From contig CAVSQY010000008.1 in NCBI GenBank assembly GCA_963730285.1, positions 57,433 through 121,432 on the forward strand: DNA of 64,000 nt, written 5' to 3'. The position numbers and the translations under genes are program-made. Of the stretch, positions 37,509 through 47,742 are shown one piece after another. The notes under the pieces were generated by a model. That model saw only the letters and a program-made list of their open reading frames with translations. It ran no database searches and was not told the DNA's origin. The stretch comes from an uncultured Actinomycetes bacterium. GTDB taxonomy: Bacteria; Actinomycetota; Acidimicrobiia; Spongiisociales; ZC4RG35. Within the stretch, counting starts at the first letter, position 1, and the number at the start of each line of letters is the position of its first letter.

Positions 37509-39278
37509 ATGACTGCAAGCAATCCGATCGAGGACGGTGGAGCCACATACGACCTGGTGATCGCAGGAGGTACCGCAGGCGGGCTTTCGGTTGCGATCTC
37601 GTCGCTGCGATCAGGTCTCGGCCTGGTGCGCATCATCGAGTCGAGCCACTCCGTTGTGTTTCCAGAACTGGTCGGCCCTGATGAGCTCGACGTGGGTTAT
37701 GGCGAGAGGGTTGTCGGGATCGACGCTGACGGTGACGTCGTGGTGGTGCGGACCAATAAACAGGTCTACCGCTCCAGGGCCTGCCTGATCGCGAATCGAC
37801 GGCCCCGGACAGACTGGAAGCCACCGCTCGAAGTCTTCGACAGCCCTCGGATCCACATTGACAGCATGCCCCAGCACATCGCCGAAAGTGACGTTCTGGT
37901 CGTCGGTTATACCGATCACGCAGTCGAACTGACAGCCCAGATAGCTGCCACCGGGGCCAGGGTGGTCCTGGCTGCCGGCGGCATGGACCCCGGTCGGCTG
38001 TCCCCAGCCGGCAGCTTTGTCCTGAAGCAGCTGGAGCGGGAGCGCCGGGCCACGTTGCTCTACCGATCAACACCAGAGCAGATAACCGACACGGATGGCT
38101 ATCCCATGGTCTACTTCGGCGACCGGAGGACACCCGACCTCCAATTCGACCACGTTGTCTTTGCCACCCGACGGGAGACCCTGCAACCCGCCGACGTCGG
38201 GCTGACGAAGGCGGGTCTGGATTCGGGGCGCGTCTGGTTCCTGGGCGAGCCCGATGAAGACAGCAATGCCCCGACCGCACCCGGGTGGCGCATCGGCTTG
38301 GAGATCGCGACTGCGTGCTTCCCCGAGTTGGAGGTCACACAGAGACCACCCTCGATCGATCGCCGCGGCCGTCACACCGCAGTCCTCGATGAGCTGAGGA
38401 AAGAGCACTACAACGCCACCATCACCTTCTTCGAGCCGACCCACTCCGATCTCTGGGTACTCCGGGTTCGCCCCGATCAGGGCGGAAGCTCATTTGTGCC
38501 CGGGCAGTACGCATCCCTCGGCTTGGGCTATTGGGAGGAGAGGGTCGATGACGCCGAAGACCCCGGTCTCGCGAAGAGGTGGGACAGGCTCATACGCCGC
38601 TCCTACTCGATCTCCTCCCGCATCTTCGACGAATCGGGATATCTGGCCGACGAACGCGGCCTCGACGAACTCGAGTTCTACATCGTGCTGGTGCCGCCCA
38701 CAGAGGACAATGTTCCCAGGCTGACACCCCGGCTGGCACTCAAGCGACCCGGCGATCGCATATACCTTGGGCCGAAAGTCGCAGGTCGGTACACCCTAGG
38801 CCCGGTCATCGACCCTGCCTCGACCGTTGCCTTCCTCGCCACCGGGACCGGGGAAGCACCACACAACGCGATGATCGTCGAGCTGCTCCGCAAGGGCCAC
38901 TACGGGCCTATCGTCTCAGCCGTGTCGGTGCGGAAACGGGCCGACCTTGGATACCTTGACCGGCACAATGCGCTTGCCAACCGCTACCCCAACTATCACT
39001 ACCTCCCCCTCCCGACCAGGGAGCCGGACACACCCAAGCGATACATCCAGGATCTAGTCCGTGACGGTGACCTGGAACAGTTGGGGGTCGGTCTCGACCC
39101 TGGGTGCACCAATGTCTTCCTCTGTGGAAACCCGGCGATGATCGGAATCCCGGAGACCAACGACGATGAGATGACTTTTCCCGAGCCGGTGGGTGTTGTC
39201 GAGCTTCTGACCGAGAGAGGCTTCACGCTGGACCGTCGCAGGAGCGTCGGCAATATCCATGTCGAGGAGTATTGGTAA
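37509..39278 (+). CDS. Fusion of degenerate pyridine-nucleotide-disulfide-reductase-like N-terminus and ferredoxin-NADP+ reductase-like C-terminus
   Basis: N: YDLVIAGGTAGG and DVLVVGYTDHAVE. C: PGQY, RRSYSISS, ATGTGEAP, FLCGNPAMI, EEYW. Confidence 0.8.
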   Translation: MTASNPIEDGGATYDLVIAGGTAGGLSVAISSLRSGLGLVRIIESSHSVVFPELVGPDELDVGYGERVVGIDADGDVVVVRTNKQVYRSRACLIANRRPRTDWKPPLEVFDSPRIHIDSMPQHIAESDVLVVGYTDHAVELTAQIAATGARVVLAAGGMDPGRLSPAGSFVLKQLERERRATLLYRSTPEQITDTDGYPMVYFGDRRTPDLQFDHVVFATRRETLQPADVGLTKAGLDSGRVWFLGEPDEDSNAPTAPGWRIGLEIATACFPELEVTQRPPSIDRRGRHTAVLDELRKEHYNATITFFEPTHSDLWVLRVRPDQGGSSFVPGQYASLGLGYWEERVDDAEDPGLAKRWDRLIRRSYSISSRIFDESGYLADERGLDELEFYIVLVPPTEDNVPRLTPRLALKRPGDRIYLGPKVAGRYTLGPVIDPASTVAFLATGTGEAPHNAMIVELLRKGHYGPIVSAVSVRKRADLGYLDRHNALANRYPNYHYLPLPTREPDTPKRYIQDLVRDGDLEQLGVGLDPGCTNVFLCGNPAMIGIPETNDDEMTFPEPVGVVELLTERGFTLDRRRSVGNIHVEEYW

Positions 39279-39300
39279 GACCACCAAGACAGCCGTGCTT

Positions 39301-39486
39301 TCAGCGGGCGAGACCTTCCACGGTTTGCTTGGCCCGTCGCTCCCTCGTCTCTTGCCTCTTGCCCTCGGCCACATACTTGATGTGCTCGCGGCGGTGAGAG
39401 GGGCTCAGGGCGTCAAAGGCCGAACGAGCGCCTTCGTCCCGGGCAAGCGCCGCGGACAACTCTGTTGGGATCTCAGGGTCGCTCAT
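39301..39486 (-). CDS. Small YdeI/OmpD-associated (OmdA) domain protein
   Basis: P.ELSAAL..A..AFDALSPSHRRE..YV.EGK..ETRERR; ATGA-coupled to pcrA. Confidence 0.8.
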   Translation of the reverse strand: MSDPEIPTELSAALARDEGARSAFDALSPSHRREHIKYVAEGKRQETRERRAKQTVEGLAR

Positions 39487-41711
39487 GCTCGCTCCAGCGG
39501 GGCCCAAGCGAGAAGAAGCCGCTTCTTACCCTGAGTGTCGAACATCACCTCGGCTTCGGCGCGATCGCCGCTGCCCACTATCTCACGGACCGTTCCAAGA
39601 CCCCACTTGTCGTGGCGGACCCGGTCACCCGGCCCCACATCTGTGGCGTTGAGGACGGTGCGAGGACCCGCCGACGCGACTCGCTCTGACGCGGTGCGGC
39701 GTTGTCGCTTTCCGGCCTTCTCCACGAGACCATCGGGGATCTCGGCCAGGAAGCGCGAAGGGGGGTTGTAGTTGGAGCCACCGAACAGCATGCGGCTCCA
39801 GGCCGAGGTCAGATGCAAGTGGTCCTGTGCGCGAGTGATCCCGACATAAGCCAGCCTTCGCTCTTCCTCCAGCTCGGCCGGGTCGCCGAGGGATCGCATG
39901 TGCGGGAAGACGCCGTCCTCCATGCCGACGATGAAGACGACAGGGAACTCGAGGCCCTTCGCCGTGTGGAGCGTCATGAGGGTCACCGCACCGGCCCCCT
40001 CCTCCCACTCGTCGATGTCTGCCACCAGGGCGGTCGATTCGAGGAAGATCTCCAGGCGTCGCATGTTGTCCAGGTCATCGAAGGCTTCATCGCCGATGAT
40101 TGCCCCCTCATTCCCGTGCTCGAATTCGGCGGCGACACCGACCAGCTCACGCAGGTTCTCCACCCGGCCCATCGCCTCGATGGTCCGTTCCGACTCCAGA
40201 CGGGCCAGCATGCCGGTCACATCGAGAACAGCCTGAACCGCCGCCTCCACCCCGCCCGCCACAGCCTCCTCGCGGAGTCGCTCCATGATGGCCGCGAATT
40301 CCGCGACGGCCGCCTGGGCTCGTGCGTTCAGCTGGGCAATCTGGTCGACATGGGCGATGGCCTCGAAGAAGCTGATCTTGTGGTCCTGGCTGTAACGATC
40401 GAGATGGGCGATTGTGGTGTCTCCGATCCCGCGCCGCGGCTCGTTGATGATGCGTTTCACGGAGACTTCGTCGGAGGGGTTGACGATGCTGCGCAAATAG
40501 GCCACAGCGTCCTTGATCTCCTTGCGGTCGTAGAACTTGACCGATCCGACCACCGAGTACTGGATGCCGCGGCGGACGAAGACATCCTCGATCACCCGCG
40601 ACATCGCGTTGGTCCGATAGAACACCGCCATGTCGGAAAGATTGAACCCTTCCGTCTTCAGCTTCTCGACTTGATCGACCACATAGCCGGCCTCGTCGTG
40701 CTCATCCTCCGCCTCGTATCTGAAGATGGGCACCCCCTTCCCCCGGTCGGACCAGAGGCTCTTCGGGGTTCTTTGGGTGTTGTTGGCGATCACAGAGTTG
40801 GCCGCGTCGAGAATCGTCTCGGTGGATCGGTAATTCTGCTCGAGCACGACGATCCGCGAATCCGGGTAGTCGCGCTCGAATTCTCGGATGTTTCGGATGT
40901 CGGCGCCCCGGAATTTGTAGATCGACTGGTCCGAGTCACCCACGACACAGAGGTTCCTATGGCTATCGGTCAGCTGCTTCACCAGCATGTATTGGGCCCG
41001 ATTGGTGTCCTGGTACTCGTCCACGAGGACATATCTGAATCGTTCCTGATAATGGGATTGGACGTCGGGAAACGCCCCGAAAAGCTCAACGGTCACCATC
41101 AGCAGGTCGTCGAAGTCCATTGCAGATGCCTGCAGGAGGCGTTGCTGATACAGGCGGTAGATATCGGCCACCTGCTCGTGATAGAAGCCATCGCCCTGGT
41201 CGGAGAACGACTCGTAGTCGACCAGTTCGTTCTTCGCCTTGGAAATCACCGCCTTCATCGCCTTGGGCGGGAATCGCTTGGTGTCGAGGTCGAGGTCCTT
41301 GACCACGAGGTTGAGGAGTCGCAGCGAATCGGCGTCGTCGTAGATGGAGAATCCCGATCGATAGCCGAGCCTCGACGCCTCACGGCGAAGGATGCGGACG
41401 CAGGCCGAGTGGAACGTCGACACCCACATCGAGCGGACCGCTCCGCCCACCAGGGCCCCGACACGATCCTTCATCTCGTCTGCTGCCTTGTTGGTGAATG
41501 TGATCGCGAGAATCGACTGCGGGGCAACACCGAGGTCCCTGATGAGATGGGCGATCCGATAGGTGAGAACTCTGGTTTTCCCGGACCCGGCGCCGGCGAC
41601 GACGAGCACCGGCCCTTCCGTCGCCGCCACTGCCTCCCGTTGGGTGGGGTTCAGATCGGCGAATAGGGGCGATTCGGCCGGCACATCATCGAGAAACCAT
41701 TCCGCCTGCAT
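39483..41711 (-). CDS. pcrA: ATP-dependent DNA helicase PcrA/UvrD
   Basis: AGAGSGKT, TFTNKAA, DEYQDTN, VGDSDQSIY, HTAKGLEF, EERRLAYVGITRA, Tudor-like C-terminus. Confidence 0.96.
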   Translation of the reverse strand: MQAEWFLDDVPAESPLFADLNPTQREAVAATEGPVLVVAGAGSGKTRVLTYRIAHLIRDLGVAPQSILAITFTNKAADEMKDRVGALVGGAVRSMWVSTFHSACVRILRREASRLGYRSGFSIYDDADSLRLLNLVVKDLDLDTKRFPPKAMKAVISKAKNELVDYESFSDQGDGFYHEQVADIYRLYQQRLLQASAMDFDDLLMVTVELFGAFPDVQSHYQERFRYVLVDEYQDTNRAQYMLVKQLTDSHRNLCVVGDSDQSIYKFRGADIRNIREFERDYPDSRIVVLEQNYRSTETILDAANSVIANNTQRTPKSLWSDRGKGVPIFRYEAEDEHDEAGYVVDQVEKLKTEGFNLSDMAVFYRTNAMSRVIEDVFVRRGIQYSVVGSVKFYDRKEIKDAVAYLRSIVNPSDEVSVKRIINEPRRGIGDTTIAHLDRYSQDHKISFFEAIAHVDQIAQLNARAQAAVAEFAAIMERLREEAVAGGVEAAVQAVLDVTGMLARLESERTIEAMGRVENLRELVGVAAEFEHGNEGAIIGDEAFDDLDNMRRLEIFLESTALVADIDEWEEGAGAVTLMTLHTAKGLEFPVVFIVGMEDGVFPHMRSLGDPAELEEERRLAYVGITRAQDHLHLTSAWSRMLFGGSNYNPPSRFLAEIPDGLVEKAGKRQRRTASERVASAGPRTVLNATDVGPGDRVRHDKWGLGTVREIVGSGDRAEAEVMFDTQGKKRLLLAWAPLERA

Positions 41712-41759
41712 CGTGAGCCGATGGTACCGGCGGCCGCCGATTGAATCACAACGATGTGA

Positions 41760-42668
41760 TCAGGTGGTGAGAACCGTCTCGTCGTCGAGCTCGACGGCGG
41801 CCGTGGAGTCGGCATCGAAAGGCTCGATCAACTCTGCGTCACCGACCACGGTGCGTCGACGCAATGGCAACGAGTAACAGAATCGAGCGCCGGTCGGGAA
41901 TCGACGCTCATACCAGACTTCGCCACCCATTGCGCGGGCCAGGCGGCGGGCGATGGGAAGGCCGAGACCGATGCCCGTCGATTCCCTGGCATCGCCCTTG
42001 GAGAGTTGCTCGAAGTTCTCGAACACTCGCTGGGTCTCCTGGTCCGGCACCCCCGGGCCATTGTCCGAGATCACGATCAGATATTGGTCACCCATGACAA
42101 ACCCCTCGACCATTATCTGATCTCCGCCGTATTTCCTGGCATTCTCCATCAGGTTCCTGATCACCTGCTGGACCCGCCTACGGTCGGCTTTGACCCGCAC
42201 CCCGTCGGGGAGGGAGATGAGCGAGCTCTTCTTCCCACCGTTGGGGAACACCATGTTGGCCACGTCTTCGATCAGGTCACCGAGATCGAAGAGCTCGGGA
42301 TTGAAGCGAAGCCGATCGGCCTCGAGGCGGGGGATGACCAGCACGTCCTCCACCAGATCCCCCAGATAGACGGCCTGTCTATTGATGATCCCGAGGAATT
42401 CGTCGACCTCTGACTCAGGGAGCTCCTGCCAGGAATCGACCAAAGTGTCGGCAAAACCCGCGATCGATGTCAGTGGGGTCCGGAGCTCGTGACTCACCAT
42501 GGCGACGAAATCGTTCTTGATGCGATGGGCCTCCTCTGACAGTCGACGGACCTCGCGCTCTCGTTGCCGTCCGTGCCGGGTGATGGCGAGCGCCCAGACG
42601 ACACCACCCAGACCCACCAGCGGGAGGAGGTAGATCAACCAATCGGGGAGCTGGGGCAGATCGAGCAT
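41760..42668 (-). CDS. Single-TM histidine kinase without an obvious sensor domain
   Basis: SHELRTPL, NLMENARKY, DNGPG, GIGLGL. Confidence 0.92.
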   Translation of the reverse strand: MLDLPQLPDWLIYLLPLVGLGGVVWALAITRHGRQREREVRRLSEEAHRIKNDFVAMVSHELRTPLTSIAGFADTLVDSWQELPESEVDEFLGIINRQAVYLGDLVEDVLVIPRLEADRLRFNPELFDLGDLIEDVANMVFPNGGKKSSLISLPDGVRVKADRRRVQQVIRNLMENARKYGGDQIMVEGFVMGDQYLIVISDNGPGVPDQETQRVFENFEQLSKGDARESTGIGLGLPIARRLARAMGGEVWYERRFPTGARFCYSLPLRRRTVVGDAELIEPFDADSTAAVELDDETVLTT

Positions 42669-42677
42669 TCCCGTGGT

Positions 42678-42705
42678 TTATCGGCCGATGCCCGAGTCGG
42701 GTTTA
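42678..42705 (-). promoter_or_regulatory. Sigma28 (FliA/WhiG)-type promoter TAAA-N16-GCCGATAA
   Basis: Both boxes match the consensus exactly; 9 nt before the kinase ATG. Confidence 0.75.
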
Positions 42706-42723
42706 GTGCTCACAGCCGGCCTG

Positions 42724-44733
42724 TCACCCGGCGCCGGCGTCCTCGTCGAAACCCATTAGACGGCGCAAGGTTGTGCTGAGAACTCCCTGTCTCAAGTCGA
42801 ACTTGTCCAGGTAAGCGTCGACCCCGACCTCCCATGCCGCCCGTTTCTCCTCTTGTGTCGCCACACCCGAGACCATGACTATCGGCACCCTCACGTCCGA
42901 GGCGCGCAGAGTTCGCACCAGTTCGACACCATTGCTGCGTGGCATCGAGTAATCGATGACCATCGCCTCGAAGCCATCGGCCACCATGGCCTGCATCGCC
43001 TCTCGAGCGCTGGCCGCCACCTCCACCTCGAAACCGGCGCCATTGAGGGTGGCGGAGAGAAGCTGTCGAACCCCGGCGGAGTCGTCCACCACCAGCACTC
43101 GGGGCCGATGGTCTGCGCTATGGGGGCGACGTGTGGCGGTCAGACCCAGGAAGTTCGGGTCCAACACCACCAGGACCTGACCACCCCCCAACAAGGCGGC
43201 GCCGGTCACGTGCCCTGAGCCCTCGAGAATGGGACCCAGGTTCTTCACCGCCACCCGTCTCCGATCGACCAGCTCGCTGACCTTCACAGCAACGAGGCCA
43301 AAGCGCGTATTGACGACGATCAACTCCGACTCATCGGGGATCGGATCCAGCCCAACCGCCTTGGACAGGGAAACACAAGGGATATCGCGGCTCAGGAATC
43401 CCACCGACTGACCCACTTCCGTGTCGGTCAGCTGAGCATTGCTCAGGGGCATGGTTGCCTCGATCGACGCCTCCGGCAATCCCCAGAATTGATCACCCGT
43501 GGCCACCACCAGGACATTCTGGAGGACCATGGAGAGCGGGAGGGTCATGGTGACCGTGGTCCCCTGGCCCGTCGGCGACTCGACCCGGACTATCCCATTG
43601 ACCCGCTCCATGGCATCGCGCACTGTGGCCAGACCCTCACCAGAGCCCGAGAAATCCGTGACCTCCTCAGACGTGGTGAATCCTGGGCGGAACAGGACGG
43701 GGCTCATGTCTGCGAAGACGAAGGGGATCTTTTCCTGGGTCGCCACCTCGGCGACGCGATCCCAGTCGATGCCTCTGCCGTCATCCGATACCGAGATCTC
43801 CACGCTGTCATCGACCACTTGCGCCTTGATGCTCACTCTCCCGGTAGCGCTCTTGCCAATGGCGACTCGCTGGTCCGGCGGCTCGATCCCATGATCGACG
43901 GCATTGACGAGGAGATGACGAAGGGGCTCGCGGAGCATGTCCACGATCTGCCTGTCGATCTGCACATCCTCGCCGCTCGACTCGATGCGCACGTCCTTGC
44001 CCACCCGGCGTCCCAGGTACCGAACAAACTGAGTGAAGGTGGCAGTGGCGTCCCGAAAGGAGACGTTGGCAAGCGCGACCGCCTGGTCCTGGATCTCGCC
44101 GACTGAGTTGGAGAGGCGCTCCAGCTGTCCCCGCCAGGTCTTTCTGAAGAGAGAGGGATCAGTGCCTTCGATCGAGATGAGGGACAGGTCGACGAGGGCT
44201 TCGGCGTCGAGGGACACCTCGACGATACGGTTGATGAGGCGATAGAGGTCTGAGGTATCGACTCTCGTCGCGCCACCGAGGAGAGATTCCGAGATGGAGG
44301 TCAGAAGGCCACCCAGGTTGCCGGGGTCCGGTCGTCGCAGCGGGACCACCTCCGCCGGCTCTCCCTCCTCGCTCGAAAAGAGAACGAGACGGTCGGCGAT
44401 GCGTGTCAGCTCGGAGTCGTCACCGGTGTCCATCGAGTCGAGCAAGCGGCCGGCGCTGGCCTCCATCGCCACCATCACCTCCGCAGACTGCCGGGTCCCC
44501 TCTCCAACCGAGCGCCACAGACTCTCGAGACGTGAGGCAACCTCCTTGATCTGCGGGTAGCCGAGAAGGCTGGCCGAGCCTTTCACCGTGTGTGCATCCC
44601 GAATGAGGTCCTGAACCCTGGCCTCATCGAGATCACGATCTTGCAGGGCTCGCGCACCCGCGACCAAACGCCGTGAGCGTTCCTCGAGCTCCTCGCGGAA
44701 AATGCGCGTCAACTCCGCTGGTTTGTCCTCCAA
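42724..44733 (-). CDS. CheA-like hybrid kinase (Hpt-HATPase-CheW-REC); start approximate (TTG)
   Basis: AHTVKGSA (Hpt His), HLLVNAVDHGIE, DDGRGID, FRPGFTT, CheW-like domain, REC domain VVDDS..IDYSMP..K. Confidence 0.88.
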   Translation of the reverse strand: MEDKPAELTRIFREELEERSRRLVAGARALQDRDLDEARVQDLIRDAHTVKGSASLLGYPQIKEVASRLESLWRSVGEGTRQSAEVMVAMEASAGRLLDSMDTGDDSELTRIADRLVLFSSEEGEPAEVVPLRRPDPGNLGGLLTSISESLLGGATRVDTSDLYRLINRIVEVSLDAEALVDLSLISIEGTDPSLFRKTWRGQLERLSNSVGEIQDQAVALANVSFRDATATFTQFVRYLGRRVGKDVRIESSGEDVQIDRQIVDMLREPLRHLLVNAVDHGIEPPDQRVAIGKSATGRVSIKAQVVDDSVEISVSDDGRGIDWDRVAEVATQEKIPFVFADMSPVLFRPGFTTSEEVTDFSGSGEGLATVRDAMERVNGIVRVESPTGQGTTVTMTLPLSMVLQNVLVVATGDQFWGLPEASIEATMPLSNAQLTDTEVGQSVGFLSRDIPCVSLSKAVGLDPIPDESELIVVNTRFGLVAVKVSELVDRRRVAVKNLGPILEGSGHVTGAALLGGGQVLVVLDPNFLGLTATRRPHSADHRPRVLVVDDSAGVRQLLSATLNGAGFEVEVAASAREAMQAMVADGFEAMVIDYSMPRSNGVELVRTLRASDVRVPIVMVSGVATQEEKRAAWEVGVDAYLDKFDLRQGVLSTTLRRLMGFDEDAGAG

Positions 44734-44761
44734 TGGATCAATCCCCTGGCCGGTCGGGTTG

Positions 44762-44788
44762 TTATCGGCACGCCACCGTCCCCTCTGA
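44762..44788 (-). promoter_or_regulatory. Sigma28-type promoter TCAG-N15-GCCGATAA
   Basis: Perfect -10 octamer 28 nt upstream of the inferred start; imperfect -35. Confidence 0.6.
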
Positions 44789-44901
44789 ATGAACCGAACG
44801 ACCCTGGCCCCGGATTGCGCCAGGGCGAAGAGATTTGGAGATCCATCGCCATGAAACCGCACTCCCGGCCATTGGGTTTGTCGCTCAAGTGGGGAAGGTG
44901 C

Positions 44902-46461
44902 TCACTCCCACTCGATGGTCGCAGGGGGTTTGGACGAAATGTCGTATGCAACGCGATTGATACCGGGTACCTCGTTGATCACCCGGCTCGATATCCGCTC
45001 CAGAACCTCATAGGGAAGTCTCGCCCAGTCCGCCGTCATCGCATCTTCTGACGTGACCGCCCTGACGATCAACGGATAGGCATAGGTCCGCAGGTCCCCC
45101 TGGACTCCCACCGTTCGAACGGCGGGGAGCACGCCGAAAGCCTGCCAGATCTCCCGGTACAGTCCCGCCCGCCGAATCTCCTCGGTCACCACCCGATCGG
45201 CCTCCCTGAGAATGGCGAGACGGTCCCTGGTCACCTCGCCGATGATGCGCACCGCCAGCCCGGGGCCCGGGAACGGTTGACGCCACACGATGTCCTCGGG
45301 AAGCCCTAGCTCTTCTCCGATGGCTCTCACCTCGTCTTTGAAAAGATCGCGCAGCGGCTCCACCAACTCGAATTGCATGTCGTCGGGTAGGCCGCCGACA
45401 TTGTGATGGGTCTTGATGGTGGCTGCAGACGATGACCCGGACTCGATGACATCGGGGTAGAGAGTGCCCTGTACGAGGAATCGAGCATCCCCGACCGTCG
45501 AAGCCGCCTCCTCGAAGACCCGGATGAATGTCTCACCGATGATCTTCCTCTTCTCCTCGGGATCGACCACCCCCGCAAGCAACTCGAGAAACCGATCCTC
45601 GGCCTTGACGTGGACGAATTCCACCTCGAAGTGAGATCGGAATGTCTCCTCGACCTGTTCGGCCTCACCCGACCTGAGCAGACCGTGGTCAACGAAGATA
45701 CAGGTGAGCCGATCACCCACGGCGGCATGGACTATGGCGGCCGCCACCGCCGAGTCGACTCCGCCCGAAAGGCCACATATCACATGCCCCTCACCCACCT
45801 GGGCTCTGATGGCCGCAATCTCCCATTCGATGATGGAGTGGGATGTCCATCCCGGTGTGGCTCCACAGACCTCATAGAGGAAACGCTTGAGGATGTCGGC
45901 GCCATGGGGAGTGTGAGCTACCTCGGGATGGAATTGGACTCCATACAGAGCGCGGTCGCGATCCTCCATTGCTGCCACCTTGGCCCCCATGGACGTGGCA
46001 ACGGAAACGAAGCCCGGCGGGGCCTCGGTCACTTGGTCGCGATGTGACATCCAGACTTGTTGATCTTTGGGCAGTGCCTGCATGAGAAGTGAGTCGGCAA
46101 CGACTTCCATGGTGGTGTTGCCGTACTCGGCGGTCTCACTGTTGGCAACTGTCCCACCGGCGAGATCTGCCATCACTTGATGGCCGTAACAGATGCCGAG
46201 GACCGGTATCCCCATCTCGAGGATGGCGGGGTCCATCCGATAGGCGCCCTCGGCATACACCGAGGCGGGGCCACCCGACAGGATCAAGCCGACCGGATGG
46301 CGCTCACGGATCTCCTCGGGAGTTATCTCCCTGGAGACGATCTCAGAATGGACATGGGCCTCCCGCACTCGGCGAGCGATCAACTGGGCGTATTGAGCGC
46401 CGAAGTCGACAACGAGGACCGATTCTTCGGGTCTGGCCGATGAGCGCTCCTCCGGGCTCAT
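44902..46461 (-). CDS. guaA: GMP synthase (glutamine-hydrolysing)
   Basis: [39 protein letters not shown]. Confidence 0.97.
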   Translation of the reverse strand: MSPEERSSARPEESVLVVDFGAQYAQLIARRVREAHVHSEIVSREITPEEIRERHPVGLILSGGPASVYAEGAYRMDPAILEMGIPVLGICYGHQVMADLAGGTVANSETAEYGNTTMEVVADSLLMQALPKDQQVWMSHRDQVTEAPPGFVSVATSMGAKVAAMEDRDRALYGVQFHPEVAHTPHGADILKRFLYEVCGATPGWTSHSIIEWEIAAIRAQVGEGHVICGLSGGVDSAVAAAIVHAAVGDRLTCIFVDHGLLRSGEAEQVEETFRSHFEVEFVHVKAEDRFLELLAGVVDPEEKRKIIGETFIRVFEEAASTVGDARFLVQGTLYPDVIESGSSSAATIKTHHNVGGLPDDMQFELVEPLRDLFKDEVRAIGEELGLPEDIVWRQPFPGPGLAVRIIGEVTRDRLAILREADRVVTEEIRRAGLYREIWQAFGVLPAVRTVGVQGDLRTYAYPLIVRAVTSEDAMTADWARLPYEVLERISSRVINEVPGINRVAYDISSKPPATIEWE

Positions 46462-46507
46462 CGCCGGTCCGGCCGCCCCGACCAGGGGCGCGAGGCCGGT
46501 GGGTGGG

Positions 46508-47665
46508 TCATCCCATCCCTACACGCTGACTGCGCTGCAGCGACTTGCCTTCGGTCATCAGCGAGGGAGCGATCATCACTTCAGCCTTCTGGAACTCCTT
46601 TACATCGGAGTACCCGGTGGTCGCCATCGACACCTGAAGCGCCCCAAAGAGATTCAGCTTCCCGTCGTTCTCATGGGCGGGACCGAGCAGGATTTGATGA
46701 AGGGGCCCACGGCGACCAACCTCGACGCGGGCTCCCCTGGGAAGCGTGGGGTGGAAGGTGGCCATACCCCAATGGAAACCACGTCCTGGCGCCTCACTCG
46801 CCGAGGCGAGTGGCGACCCGATCATGACGGCATCGGCCCCACAGGCGATGGCCTTGGCCACATCACCACCGGTGCGCATACCCCCGTCCGCTATCACGTG
46901 GACATAGCGCCCGGTTTCATCGAGGTAGCGAATCCTGGCGCCGGCCGCATCGGCGATAGCCGTGGCCTGCGGGACACCCACACCAAGGACGCCACGGGTC
47001 GTACAGGCGGCTCCAGGCCCGACACCAACGAGTATGCCCACGGCGCCTGTGCGCATCAGATGCAGTGCCGTCGAATAACTGGCGCAACCCCCTACGAGGA
47101 CGGGGACCTCGCAATTGGCGATGTACTCCTTGAGGTTGAGCGGCTCCTCGCGACTGGAAACATGCTCTGCCGACACAACCGTGCCCTGTATCACCAGGAC
47201 GTCCAGCCCTGCTGACAGGGCATGTGGCGCCCAGCTCCCGACCCGCTGTGGGGTGAGCGAGGCGGCAGTCACGACTCCTTCGGCCTTTATCTCTTCGACC
47301 CGGCGGCCGATCAAATCGGGTTTGACCGGCTCGAGATAGATCTCCTGCATGCGGAGAGTCGCCTTCTCGGTGTCGAGCTCGGCAATCTCCTCGAAATAGG
47401 GCTCGGGGTCTTCATAGCGTGTCCACAGGCCCTCGAGATTCAACACGGCAAGACCGCCAAGCTTGCCGATCTGCACGGCAGTGGCCGGGCTGATGGCAGA
47501 GTCCATTGCCGACCCCATCATCGGGAGGTCGAACTTGAAGGCGTCGAGTTGCCACGAGATGTCCACGTCGTCGGGATCCCGTGTCCTCCTGGAGGGGACG
47601 ATCGCAATGTCGTCGAACCCGAATGCCTGCCGACCCGACTTGCCAATGCCGATGTCGATTTCCAC
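46508..47665 (-). CDS. guaB3: GuaB3-family IMP dehydrogenase-related protein
   Basis: [46 protein letters not shown]; GGAGG upstream of GTG. Confidence 0.92.
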   Translation of the reverse strand: MEIDIGIGKSGRQAFGFDDIAIVPSRRTRDPDDVDISWQLDAFKFDLPMMGSAMDSAISPATAVQIGKLGGLAVLNLEGLWTRYEDPEPYFEEIAELDTEKATLRMQEIYLEPVKPDLIGRRVEEIKAEGVVTAASLTPQRVGSWAPHALSAGLDVLVIQGTVVSAEHVSSREEPLNLKEYIANCEVPVLVGGCASYSTALHLMRTGAVGILVGVGPGAACTTRGVLGVGVPQATAIADAAGARIRYLDETGRYVHVIADGGMRTGGDVAKAIACGADAVMIGSPLASASEAPGRGFHWGMATFHPTLPRGARVEVGRRGPLHQILLGPAHENDGKLNLFGALQVSMATTGYSDVKEFQKAEVMIAPSLMTEGKSLQRSQRVGMG

Positions 47666-47742
47666 TTTGTCGCTACCTCCGCCGACGATCAATTCAGCGT
47701 AACAGTGACGGCCGCCGGTCCATCTGTAGGCTGCCCGAGCCC

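Noticed and set aside
39702-41666. 654-aa plus-strand ORF and many other long overlapping ORFs (e.g. 30682-31728, 31956-32996, 57711-58973, 59743-61014)
   Set aside because: Antisense or alternate-frame shadows of well-supported genes, expected in high-GC DNA; no recognisable motifs.
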